Positions 1 through 8,170 of a stretch of DNA of 20,000 bases are shown here, piece after piece (position 1 is the first letter of the stretch; each line of letters opens with the position of its first letter). Source of the DNA: an uncultured virus (IMG/VR IMGVR_UViG_3300032309_003726). Lineage: Duplodnaviria > Heunggongvirae > Uroviricota > Caudoviricetes. Made by a program: the position numbers and the translations under genes. The notes under the pieces are model-generated. The model ran no database searches. It saw nothing but the letters and a program-made list of their open reading frames with translations, and was not told the origin of the DNA. The stretch lies in IMG/VR virus record IMGVR_UViG_3300032309_003726. One strand, 5' to 3'.

Positions 1-59
1 CAAATAGTGGGAATACGCTTAAAATATTAGGATATAGATATAAAAATTAAGGATAAAAA

Positions 60-908
60 ATGGCTTCAATTTTGTGGGATTCAGCAGATGTTTCTACGGT
101 GATAAGCACAGAGATGAACTCACTTCAACCAGAACTCCGGTGTGTTAGCCAAGAAATAAACAACTCGTCGGGTTTGTACTTGTTTAATGATGTAGAGTTA
201 TTTTTAAACACAAATGATCAAACTCCCCAATACGGATCTGTTGTTGAGTTGTACTTGTTATCTGCAATAAACAATACCAATTTTGAAGATGGAAGCGTTT
301 CAATAAACCCTTCGCCTTCATCTTTGGTTGGAGTTTTTAACATAATGCCATCATCTAGTTCTCAAAGACAAACATTAAAGCAAATAACCATTCCTCCCTG
401 CAAATATAAGTACTTATTAATAAATAAAACTGGGGCCGCTATGCCGCCCAATAACAACACTCTTAAAATAGTTCCATATAGATATAAAACAATACAATCA
501 AGATCTGATAATCTTTATTCTAAACAATATATTCTTCAAAGAACAACAACAAATTCCACTCAATCTTTGTTAACTTTAGATGGCAACCAGCCAAGCAATC
601 TGAATATTTTACAAATTTCTACTAAAAACACCTGGACGATCAAGGCGCAAATTAGTTTATATAACAACACCGATAACGAATCCGCTGGCTTTATCGTAAA
701 AGGCGTCTTTAAAAGGAACAACTCTGGCGTTATCAGTAGGGTTGGAAATTTATCTATAGAAAGTTGGTATGACACCAGCTTAGAAAATGCAACTGTTGAT
801 ATTATAGCAAACAATTCAACCAATTCGGTGGATGTTGCGGTTAACGGCGTTTCTGGCAAACAAATAAAATGGATTTGTGTTATAGATTCAACCCAATCTA
901 GTTTTTAA
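60..908 (+). CDS. Putative virion/tail-associated structural protein (two beta-rich modules)
   Basis: 282-aa ORF preceded by AAGGA. Ser/Thr/Asn-rich beta-strand character. The C-terminal part (TTTNSTQSLLTLDG...AGFIVKGVFKR...IKWICVID) resembles modules seen at the ends of phage fibre proteins. Confidence 0.5.
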   Translation: MASILWDSADVSTVISTEMNSLQPELRCVSQEINNSSGLYLFNDVELFLNTNDQTPQYGSVVELYLLSAINNTNFEDGSVSINPSPSSLVGVFNIMPSSSSQRQTLKQITIPPCKYKYLLINKTGAAMPPNNNTLKIVPYRYKTIQSRSDNLYSKQYILQRTTTNSTQSLLTLDGNQPSNLNILQISTKNTWTIKAQISLYNNTDNESAGFIVKGVFKRNNSGVISRVGNLSIESWYDTSLENATVDIIANNSTNSVDVAVNGVSGKQIKWICVIDSTQSSF

Positions 909-1485
909 GCAAATCTGTTAGCCATTTTGAATTAGAGGTTAAAAATACACTCTTTATTCTGTAGAACCACAGATCAGAATACTGGCTTTTTGTTGACTTC
1001 AATATATTCTGCAAATGATTAAAGTGATGTTTTTTATCCTTTAGTGATCTTGTTGATTGAAGAACACAAAATTGCTGCCGAAAATCAAAATTATAAGTTT
1101 TAGACAGATCGTTACCAGCTAGATCTAAAAATATCTTCCAGGCATCGAAAATTTGTTGAGAATAAGATCCGCAATAAAAATTTTCTTGTTTAATTGTTTT
1201 GCAAAAATCTAATAAATTATCTTCATACTCTTCATAATACCAAATATCCGACAACAAACTGTGGAATAATTTTGTTGTTTCTAATCCATTTTTAATAATT
1301 GGTTCGTAATAATTTATATCATAAAAACCTGGGCGGTAATCTTGATTTCTCCAGGTTATGGATAAAATCCGATAAATATCATTTTTTTTATTTTTTAGGA
1401 CAACACAAGACTTTTTTTTAAAACAAACTACAGGAACTTTTATTTTATTTCTTAAAATATATTCTTTAATTATAGAAGTTTTCAT
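898..1485 (-). CDS. Hypothetical protein
   Basis: 195-aa ORF; its start overlaps the stop of the upstream minus-strand ORF (ATGA). No recognisable motif. Confidence 0.65.
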   Translation of the reverse strand: MKTSIIKEYILRNKIKVPVVCFKKKSCVVLKNKKNDIYRILSITWRNQDYRPGFYDINYYEPIIKNGLETTKLFHSLLSDIWYYEEYEDNLLDFCKTIKQENFYCGSYSQQIFDAWKIFLDLAGNDLSKTYNFDFRQQFCVLQSTRSLKDKKHHFNHLQNILKSTKSQYSDLWFYRIKSVFLTSNSKWLTDLLKN

Positions 1486-1718
1486 GTGTTATCTTTTTCA
1501 ATTGTTTTTATATTTTTTGAAAAATCACCTTGCAATAAATCATTGGTGTGAACCCATCGTCTTTTTTTGTTGTCCCAAACAACAGGAAATTTTTTTGGCA
1601 TATCTTCTAATATGTCAAAAAGATCTCCATTTGTCAAAGATTTATCCAAAGATCTGTAAAAGATGAGAGATCCGAATTGATCATATCGTTTTTTTAAAGC
1701 TAATTGTGTTTCGTCCAT
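1482..1718 (-). CDS. Hypothetical protein
   Basis: 78-aa ORF with protein-like composition, coupled to 898..1485. Confidence 0.65.
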   Translation of the reverse strand: MDETQLALKKRYDQFGSLIFYRSLDKSLTNGDLFDILEDMPKKFPVVWDNKKRRWVHTNDLLQGDFSKNIKTIEKDNT

Positions 1719-1732
1719 AGTATATAATAATT

Positions 1733-1948
1733 ATGAGATTTAAGAAATTTATTGATTTTCAGGAAGAACAAAGTGCGTCTGATAAAGGGCTGATGGGTTT
1801 TCCTGTATCTTTATTTGCCCGAAGGCCGTCTGATGGTTTGCCTTTTAAAAATTTAAGATCTGTAGGCGGTTCTACCCCGAGATCCTCATCTGGAAATTCA
1901 AATCCAACAAATGCTTCCATGATGAAAAAATCCATGAAAAAGAACTAA
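1733..1948 (+). CDS. Small basic protein with N-terminal FKKFI..EE motif (candidate capsid-internal protein)
   Basis: MRFKKFIDFQEE N-terminus shared in pattern with other + strand ORFs; low-complexity Ser/Gly/Lys tail. Confidence 0.6.
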   Translation: MRFKKFIDFQEEQSASDKGLMGFPVSLFARRPSDGLPFKNLRSVGGSTPRSSSGNSNPTNASMMKKSMKKN

Positions 1949-2868
1949 TTATCTTTAGAATTAATTTGCAAATAATAATTTGGAGTTTTTCCTAATTTTA
2001 CATCATTTGATAAATCTTTTAAGTATCTTTGAAAAGATTTATCAAAGTGTTCTACACTATCAAATTTTAAAACATTTTTAACAGCATATTCAAAATTTTC
2101 TTTTGAAGATTCTTGAATAAAATTTAAAAATATATCTTCTCCAAATTCTTTTCTGACCATGAGGCAGAGATACATGGAGTAGCAGTCGAATGTTTTTTTA
2201 TCTTCGTCTTTTAATTGTTTATATTTTTCATTATCGAAATCAACTAAATCTTTGACAGTTAGAGGGTTATTATTTTTGTAATCCTCTAATTTGTTTAAAT
2301 TTTCTCTAATTTTTATAAGAGAATCATTTAAATGAGAAAAACCCTTGTAAATCCAAGTTTTAAAATCAACTCGAAATTTTTGAGAAAATTCTGCCAAGCA
2401 AATTTGGGTTAAGGGAACTGGTACTGTCTGGGAGGGGGTTCCATCTATCAACAAAAAAATAACGGTCTCGGTTATTTTTTTGTTTTCATCCCGACGAATT
2501 TCAACTTTTGTATTTTCTATATTAAATAACTTTTTAAACAATTCTTTGTCTTCAACACATATCAATTTACATGTTGTTGAAAAGTCTATGTCTTTCATGC
2601 CCCAACGTAAAAACATCCAAGATTTAACAAGTTCTAAGTGTTTGTGTAAATATTGAGCTTGAGAGTCGTTCAGGCTGCACACTACAAAGTTTTTACTAGT
2701 CCACCTGTTCCAAACGAGATTTTCCAATTCTTTGGGAACGCCACGATATTTTGAAACTTCCACGGAAACTTCATTTGGTCTCGATACCCTAGTAATTTTT
2801 TCATCTGCCAAAGAGTTGGCCGTAAATAAAAAAGCTAACATAACAAACAAAAAATTTTTTAAAATCAT
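1945..2868 (-). CDS. Exported protein, peptidase MA/DUF1570-like fold with degenerate zinc motif
   Basis: Signal-peptide-like N-terminus (MILKNFLFVMLAFLFTANSLA). The NRWTSKNFVV, WIYKGFS and YSMYLCLMVRKEFG segments follow the layout of peptidase_MA-like proteins, but no HExxH is present. Confidence 0.5.
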   Translation of the reverse strand: MILKNFLFVMLAFLFTANSLADEKITRVSRPNEVSVEVSKYRGVPKELENLVWNRWTSKNFVVCSLNDSQAQYLHKHLELVKSWMFLRWGMKDIDFSTTCKLICVEDKELFKKLFNIENTKVEIRRDENKKITETVIFLLIDGTPSQTVPVPLTQICLAEFSQKFRVDFKTWIYKGFSHLNDSLIKIRENLNKLEDYKNNNPLTVKDLVDFDNEKYKQLKDEDKKTFDCYSMYLCLMVRKEFGEDIFLNFIQESSKENFEYAVKNVLKFDSVEHFDKSFQRYLKDLSNDVKLGKTPNYYLQINSKDN

Positions 2869-2917
2869 TTAAACACCAAAAATTGTGAATTTTAATTATC
2901 CAATTATAGTATAGTCT

Positions 2918-3151
2918 TTATTTTGGATTTTTAACTCCATCCCAATTTTGAGAATTTTTAACTCCATCCCAATTTTGTCTGTCATTCGGTTCAAAATTTT
3001 TATTATTTATTTTTGTTTGATTAAAATTATTATCTCTAAAATAAGAAATAATTTTTGATAAAGAACCAGCTATGGCTATTAAAAAAAGTAAATTTAAAAA
3101 AGATAAAAAAAGACAAATATAGTTGATCATAATACATCCATCATTCGACAA
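2918..3151 (-). CDS. Small membrane protein with duplicated QNWDGVKN tail
   Basis: Hydrophobic N-terminal helix (YICLFLSFLNLLFLIAIAGSL); C-terminal 9-aa duplication. Confidence 0.6.
   Translation of the reverse strand: MSNDGCIMINYICLFLSFLNLLFLIAIAGSLSKIISYFRDNNFNQTKINNKNFEPNDRQNWDGVKNSQNWDGVKNPK
2927..2977. repeat. Direct repeat, 24-bp identical core, 27-bp period, 2 copies
   Basis: ATTTTTAACTCCATCCCAATTTTG at 2927-2950 and 2954-2977, in frame within the 2918..3151 ORF. Confidence 0.95.
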
Positions 3152-6100
3152 GGGTTGAAGTTGGCATCCTGACTCTTTTTCTAATGGTTTCTGCCAATGA
3201 TTGAGTGACCTTTAAAATTAAATCGGGAGATTCTACCCAGGCTCTGTTCTTAAAAATTCCAATATTATCATAGATTGTATTTTGATAAATTGTAGCGGAG
3301 GGATTTGAAACAGCGAAATCGCTTTGAGTATCATAATTTATTTCGAATTCAAGCCTGTTAGCTGATGTTAAACAATAGTTGTCTGGCAAAACAGCGATCA
3401 CAACCCTAGTTTCATAGCTGTCGCCCGTAAGTAAGTTGTTTCTAGAAAATTGAAGAGCAACTTTCCAGAGTCTGGATCCCAATATGGTTCCTCCGATATT
3501 ATTAGAGCAAGAAATTTCGGAGACTACATTCCAGGATTCGGGGTAATTGCCTAGACCCGATATTCCTTTATAGTGTAAATTATTTTGCCAAGAATCATTG
3601 GTTTTATTGTACCTTAATTCTAAATTTTTAGAAATAGTAAAATTATTTCTCGTTAAAAATTTGGCAAAAACATTATCGATTGCAAAATTATGAGTCAAAG
3701 TCATTGTGGAAGAAAGATCAAAACAACCACATTTGTTGAAAAAATCAACGTCACCCTCAGCGTCTTGTTTATCTATACCGGCAAAATACACATCCATCTT
3801 TAATAAATTCATTGAGAAATCAAAAATCTGGTCTGGTACGCTAATGTTTCCTGATTTATTTGTGGCCTGTCCTATAACAAACACAGCATTCCCGTCTGAT
3901 ATCCATTTCCAATTTTGCTTTTTTGATCTCGCTGATCCCAAAAGATTTATTCCGCCAGCAGCAAAATATTTAGAAATTTTTCTGGGTACGAACGACTCTC
4001 CCGCAATATTTATACCGCCAACAACTTGATATCTAAATCTCTCAAACCTGGATGCCGATCCTCGTGTTTTCAATCCGCCACTCATCGAATGCCACCAAGG
4101 TAAAACAAAAGCCTCTCCACCAAACTTCAAATTTATAATTGAATTTTCTAAATAAGGAGTTATTTTAGAAGAAGAAGACAACAAACAGCCTCCACTGGTG
4201 TTTGCAACAATGGTTTTGAGTGAGTCGCCACCTATTTTTGCACCAAAAGAAGAAACTTTAAAAACAGTTCGTTTTGTGTATCGAGCATTAGCAGAGCCGT
4301 AAGAGTAAATTTTTCCTAAGGACTTAGATGTATAAGCTGGGGACTTAGCCAAAGCCCCGCTATCTGAAGAAACTCTTATGGTAGAACCATTTGGATCTTC
4401 GTATTCAACTTCAACGTTTATTGAATTAATTCTAGCAATAGTTTGATTTATATTCAAAACAGATTGAACTCTAATAGCCACCCCAAAAGAAGAATTTTTT
4501 ATTTCTTCGAGAGAAGGAACTGCTGGAATCTCTCCTGGTTGGTTATTAATATTCAAATTAATCAAAGAAGATTCGTCCACATACCTATCAAAATCTTCTC
4601 TTCTCCAAGCATCTAATCCATAAGATTTTGTAGTTTGCAAGAGAGGCCAATCTATATTTGTCACTGCCAGATTGCTTGTTATTACTTTGTTGTTTATAAC
4701 CAAAAACAAATCTTTGTCCCTAATGCCACTTTTTGTTGCAACTCTGTCAACGTTGACAATTAATTTTAAAACTTTGCTATTTTCTGGTATGTTAAAAGAA
4801 AAATTTGTCAAAACTAAAAGTTCGGATGTCTTTTTAAAACTAATGTCGGAAGATGAGAAGAGGTTGTCTTCCGAGATTGCTCTTTCCGGCAAAAGCCAAG
4901 GAGACTGCGTTGGAGTATGTTTGAGGCTAGTTGATTTTTTTGCATAACTTTTTGGAGTTTTGTTTGGCCAAACGCCCCCATTATAAGACCAACGATTGTG
5001 TCTAAGCCTAGACTTGCCGCCAACCACACAACCACCAAGACCTCTAAAGAAATTTGTTCCAATTATAAAATTGCCATCAAAAAACAACTCCCCCTCAGAC
5101 TTGAATTTAATATTAGGTAATTTTTTAACAAAAACATAACTAGATTCGCCTGATGTTTGCAAACTTCCTGATGCCGTGGATTGAAAAACTACCCAAGCTT
5201 TAAAATAAAAGCCAGTTTTTAAATTAATGTCCTGATCGACGCAAAAATCTGCACACTCGGGAATCGAACATAACTCAACATCAACAAGATTATTGCAATC
5301 TAAATTGACGCCATTTGATTCTTGTTCTTCAACAACAACAGTTTCCGCAGGTCTGTTGAATCTTTCAACCGTCTCTATTGGAAATTTATATTTTCTTTTA
5401 CTTAATTTTTGACACAACTCGGATAATGACCTTGCGTGCAAATTAACTATAATTTTGCCACAACAAACATCTTGTGGGATACAAGGATCTACAATTCCCT
5501 TGCCAACAACACGATACCAATACATTATTTGTTGACCTAAATTCCAATAAAAATCAACTTTTTTCTCTAATTTAAGATCTGTGTTCCATTTAAATTCTAT
5601 ATCTTTATTAAATTTAAAATTTATTAAAGTACCGTCTGATTTAAGAGATAAACCACCGTCTGAAACGAACAGCGTGTCATTTATAAAATAGAAACCTGAC
5701 CCCTCAACAGATAATGATCCGGATGGTGTGACAAAAAAATTATTGTTTACATTTAGTAAATTTTTACCCGATGGTTTCAATCCGCCGACAACGGAACCTC
5801 TGGCCTCCTTCATTACTAAATTAAAATTAGAAGATGAAGAACAAACGGCACCCCCAAGAGAAACAAAACCTTCGGAAACAAAAAAATCACCCGAGATGAG
5901 ACACAATCCTTCGAAATTATTACGGTAACGAGCCCTAATCAAAGCCGTGCCTTGAAATAGTAAGCCACTACTTTCTACAAAGAATTCTGTGGACTGCGTG
6001 TTGTTGAAATTAACATATAATTTAACTCCACCAAGTGAAACACAATTATAAACAAAGAATGATGAAGAGAAAGGCGAAATTGTAATTCCACCAGTGGCGA

Positions 6101-6440
6101 CAATGGCTTCAGTAGCGATTGCATCCCCTGATAATTTTATTTCAACAACGGTGATGATCACATTAATCAATGATACTGATCCGGAGCCACCAATCCGTGT
6201 TGTGCCTTGCGAACCAATACTATAAATCAAAGACTCTGATCCGGAGCCGCCAATACGTGTTGTGCCTTGCGAACCAATACTATAAATCAAAGACTCTGAT
6301 CCAGAGCCGCTATTATTCACGCCGCCATATGCGGTGATAGAGTAAATAGTGTTGCCCTCATAGGCGCTTTCAATAAGAACAACGTCCGCTTGACCACCTA
6401 AATTTATACCACCAAAAAATATTTCGTCGTAAGTGTTCAT
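3141..6440 (-). CDS. Large putative virion structural/fibre-like protein with ~20-aa GG-periodic repeats and Cys-rich segments
   Basis: 1099-aa ORF. Recurrent GG-x(4)-[GS]-x-[AS] units, a Cys-rich central block (DPCIPQDVCC, ELCSIPECADFC) and a beta-sandwich-like block (SPWLLPE...LVLTNFSFNIPENSKVLKLIVNVDR). Confidence 0.6.
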   Translation of the reverse strand: MNTYDEIFFGGINLGGQADVVLIESAYEGNTIYSITAYGGVNNSGSGSESLIYSIGSQGTTRIGGSGSESLIYSIGSQGTTRIGGSGSVSLINVIITVVEIKLSGDAIATEAIVATGGITISPFSSSFFVYNCVSLGGVKLYVNFNNTQSTEFFVESSGLLFQGTALIRARYRNNFEGLCLISGDFFVSEGFVSLGGAVCSSSSNFNLVMKEARGSVVGGLKPSGKNLLNVNNNFFVTPSGSLSVEGSGFYFINDTLFVSDGGLSLKSDGTLINFKFNKDIEFKWNTDLKLEKKVDFYWNLGQQIMYWYRVVGKGIVDPCIPQDVCCGKIIVNLHARSLSELCQKLSKRKYKFPIETVERFNRPAETVVVEEQESNGVNLDCNNLVDVELCSIPECADFCVDQDINLKTGFYFKAWVVFQSTASGSLQTSGESSYVFVKKLPNIKFKSEGELFFDGNFIIGTNFFRGLGGCVVGGKSRLRHNRWSYNGGVWPNKTPKSYAKKSTSLKHTPTQSPWLLPERAISEDNLFSSSDISFKKTSELLVLTNFSFNIPENSKVLKLIVNVDRVATKSGIRDKDLFLVINNKVITSNLAVTNIDWPLLQTTKSYGLDAWRREDFDRYVDESSLINLNINNQPGEIPAVPSLEEIKNSSFGVAIRVQSVLNINQTIARINSINVEVEYEDPNGSTIRVSSDSGALAKSPAYTSKSLGKIYSYGSANARYTKRTVFKVSSFGAKIGGDSLKTIVANTSGGCLLSSSSKITPYLENSIINLKFGGEAFVLPWWHSMSGGLKTRGSASRFERFRYQVVGGINIAGESFVPRKISKYFAAGGINLLGSARSKKQNWKWISDGNAVFVIGQATNKSGNISVPDQIFDFSMNLLKMDVYFAGIDKQDAEGDVDFFNKCGCFDLSSTMTLTHNFAIDNVFAKFLTRNNFTISKNLELRYNKTNDSWQNNLHYKGISGLGNYPESWNVVSEISCSNNIGGTILGSRLWKVALQFSRNNLLTGDSYETRVVIAVLPDNYCLTSANRLEFEINYDTQSDFAVSNPSATIYQNTIYDNIGIFKNRAWVESPDLILKVTQSLAETIRKRVRMPTSTLVE
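6177..6310. repeat. Tandem repeat, 60-bp unit, ~2.2 copies (coding GSGSESLIYSIGSQGTTRIG)
   Basis: Units at 6177-6236 and 6237-6296 differ at only 2 positions; partial third copy at 6297-6310. Confidence 0.95.
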
Positions 6441-6442
6441 TT

Positions 6443-7156
6443 TTATCCTAGTCTATCGATTATCTTTCCCACCAATGGATGCCTTACTATGCAATCATTG
6501 TTGAACTCTATAACCCCAACTCCGTTTAAATCCCTTAATTTTTGAACAACTTCAACCAAAGCAACTTTGTTACCAATATCACTTTGGGTTGGATCTCCTG
6601 TGATTATAATTTTGCTATTTTCTCCAAAACGAGTTAAAAATAATTTTAATTGCAAAAGAGAAGCATTTTGTGCTTCGTCAAAAATACAAATAGAATTTAA
6701 AAATGAACGACCTCGCATAAAAGCTATAGGAGCCACCTCGACAGCTTGATCTATTTTTTCTCTCCAAGGACCATGTGACCCAACCATTTGATCCATGCAA
6801 TCATACAGAGGTATCATATAAGGGTGTACCTTTTCAGCGAACTCACCGGGCAGGAAACCCAAAGACTCCCCTGCTTCAACAATAGGTCTTGTCAAAATAA
6901 TTTTACTTCTTTTATTATTTAATATCTGCTCTATTGCAAAAGCGCTGGCTAAAAAAGTTTTTCCTGTGCCCGCTGAACCCAACAAAAAAAGTACATCAAA
7001 CTTCTGGAACGCAGCCCAAGCTTCGCTTTGAACTTTATTTTTAAATTCAATGTGAAAATTAGAATTAGACTGAGGAACTTTAATTGGTTTGGCGTTTTTT
7101 GCGTTTTTATTTTTTTCGTTCTTTAAATTTGCAGATTTTCTTTTTTTAAATCCCAT
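6443..7156 (-). CDS. phoH: PhoH-family ATPase
   Basis: Walker A GSAGTGKT, IILTRP-x-VEAGESLGFLPG, AFMRGRS, DEAQN and ITGDPTQSD motifs; SD AAAGGA upstream. Confidence 0.95.
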   Translation of the reverse strand: MGFKKRKSANLKNEKNKNAKNAKPIKVPQSNSNFHIEFKNKVQSEAWAAFQKFDVLFLLGSAGTGKTFLASAFAIEQILNNKRSKIILTRPIVEAGESLGFLPGEFAEKVHPYMIPLYDCMDQMVGSHGPWREKIDQAVEVAPIAFMRGRSFLNSICIFDEAQNASLLQLKLFLTRFGENSKIIITGDPTQSDIGNKVALVEVVQKLRDLNGVGVIEFNNDCIVRHPLVGKIIDRLG

Positions 7157-7205
7157 TTATTTCCTTTCAAAAATGCACACTATATTTAGAATCCAACGTT
7201 AATAA

Positions 7206-7238
7206 TAAAAAACCTTGCCAATATTAAATTGGCAAGGT
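7206..7238 (-). terminator. Rho-independent terminator (minus strand)
   Basis: Perfect 11-bp inverted repeat ACCTTGCCAAT (7212-7222) / ATTGGCAAGGT (7228-7238) with a 5-nt loop, followed on the minus strand by a U-run (A-run at 7207-7212). Confidence 0.85.
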
Positions 7239-7260
7239 AAAAAATATCACAATTCATTTG

Positions 7261-7604
7261 AAGAGATGCCAAGTGCTAATCTAACAACCTAAAACTCAAC
7301 CCTGTTTTCATAACCTTGACAATTGAAAAGAAGATAGTTGTTTTTAAAAGAATCTCAACCAATTTGGATTTGTATTAAATGCTTTACAACTAAAAAGTAT
7401 TTAATTATTGAAACTTTTAACAATATTTATTGACAATTTTTGTCACCCCACCCTTAAATCTTTACTTTTTCAATGATTTTTTTAATACAAACTTGAAAAG
7501 ATTGCTGTTCTTTTCCGACTTTCCGCCTATCAAGGTTAGGTTCGCAACCTCGCACCAAACATTGGTGGCATGTGTAATTTTATGGAAAATTACATGAACC
7601 TCTT
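7261..7604 (-). ncRNA. Candidate structured non-coding RNA of unrecognised class
   Basis: No ORF of 60 aa or more. Nested complementary segments: 7261-7265/7600-7604, 7266-7271/7566-7571, 7311-7319/7530-7538, 7325-7332/7508-7515, 7369-7379/7481-7491, 7392-7399/7463-7470. Local hairpins at 7573-7594, 7538-7550 and 7431-7445. G-U extensions and the downstream terminator favour the minus strand. Confidence 0.65.
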
Positions 7605-7687
7605 TTCGACAAAAAAGATAATGCTAAATTTAAAGTCCAAAGTAGACTTGTTTGTACAAAATATAATAGAAAAAACTAAATACTTTT

Positions 7688-8170
7688 ATGTTAAACTTTA
7701 AAAAATTTCTTCAAGATAACATGGAAGAAGAAAAAGAAGATATTCAGAAAACTCTTTCCAAGTTGCCAAAAGCACACGCAGATCTTGTTAAAGGGTACAA
7801 GTGGAAGTTTCATGCCGGAAACACACTAAATGGAGATGATAAACACGTTGGCTATATGGACAAATACTCGAAGGAAATAGCCATAGCGGCACCTTGGAAT
7901 TTTTCAAGAGAGTTTACAATTCTTCACGAAATAGCTCATCTTGTATATGAAAGATTATCAAAAGAAATAAAAAGTCAATGGTCGCAAGTTGTCAAAAAAA
8001 ACTTTGAAAAACAAACACAAGAAAATCCTGGGGCAAAAGATTCTTTAAAACAAATACCCGAAGAAATTTTTTGTCATTGCTATGCCAATTTTTATTCCAA
8101 GCACAAAAATGCAACCTACAACAACCCTGAGTGGATGGGATTTATAAAGATTTTACACAATGCGATTTAA
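7688..8170 (+). CDS. Zincin-type (HExxH) metallopeptidase-like protein with N-terminal FKKFL..E motif
   Basis: TILHEIAHLVY zinc motif with a downstream EEIFCHCYANFY helix carrying a likely third Glu ligand. Confidence 0.75.
   Translation: MLNFKKFLQDNMEEEKEDIQKTLSKLPKAHADLVKGYKWKFHAGNTLNGDDKHVGYMDKYSKEIAIAAPWNFSREFTILHEIAHLVYERLSKEIKSQWSQVVKKNFEKQTQENPGAKDSLKQIPEEIFCHCYANFYSKHKNATYNNPEWMGFIKILHNAI

Noticed and set aside
6177..6310. Possible CRISPR or DGR template/variable repeat pair
   Set aside because: Contiguous in-frame coding duplication with only two differences, and no reverse transcriptase in the window.
7515..7527. Minus-strand GGCGGAAAGUCGG resembles the RNase P P4 signature GAGGAAAGUCC
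   Set aside because: No matching 3' ACAGAA-x-x-CGGCUUA-type strand, and the segment lies inside a nested helix inconsistent with RNase P topology. There are also no tmRNA ends (GGGG...CCA) or group I intron core motifs.
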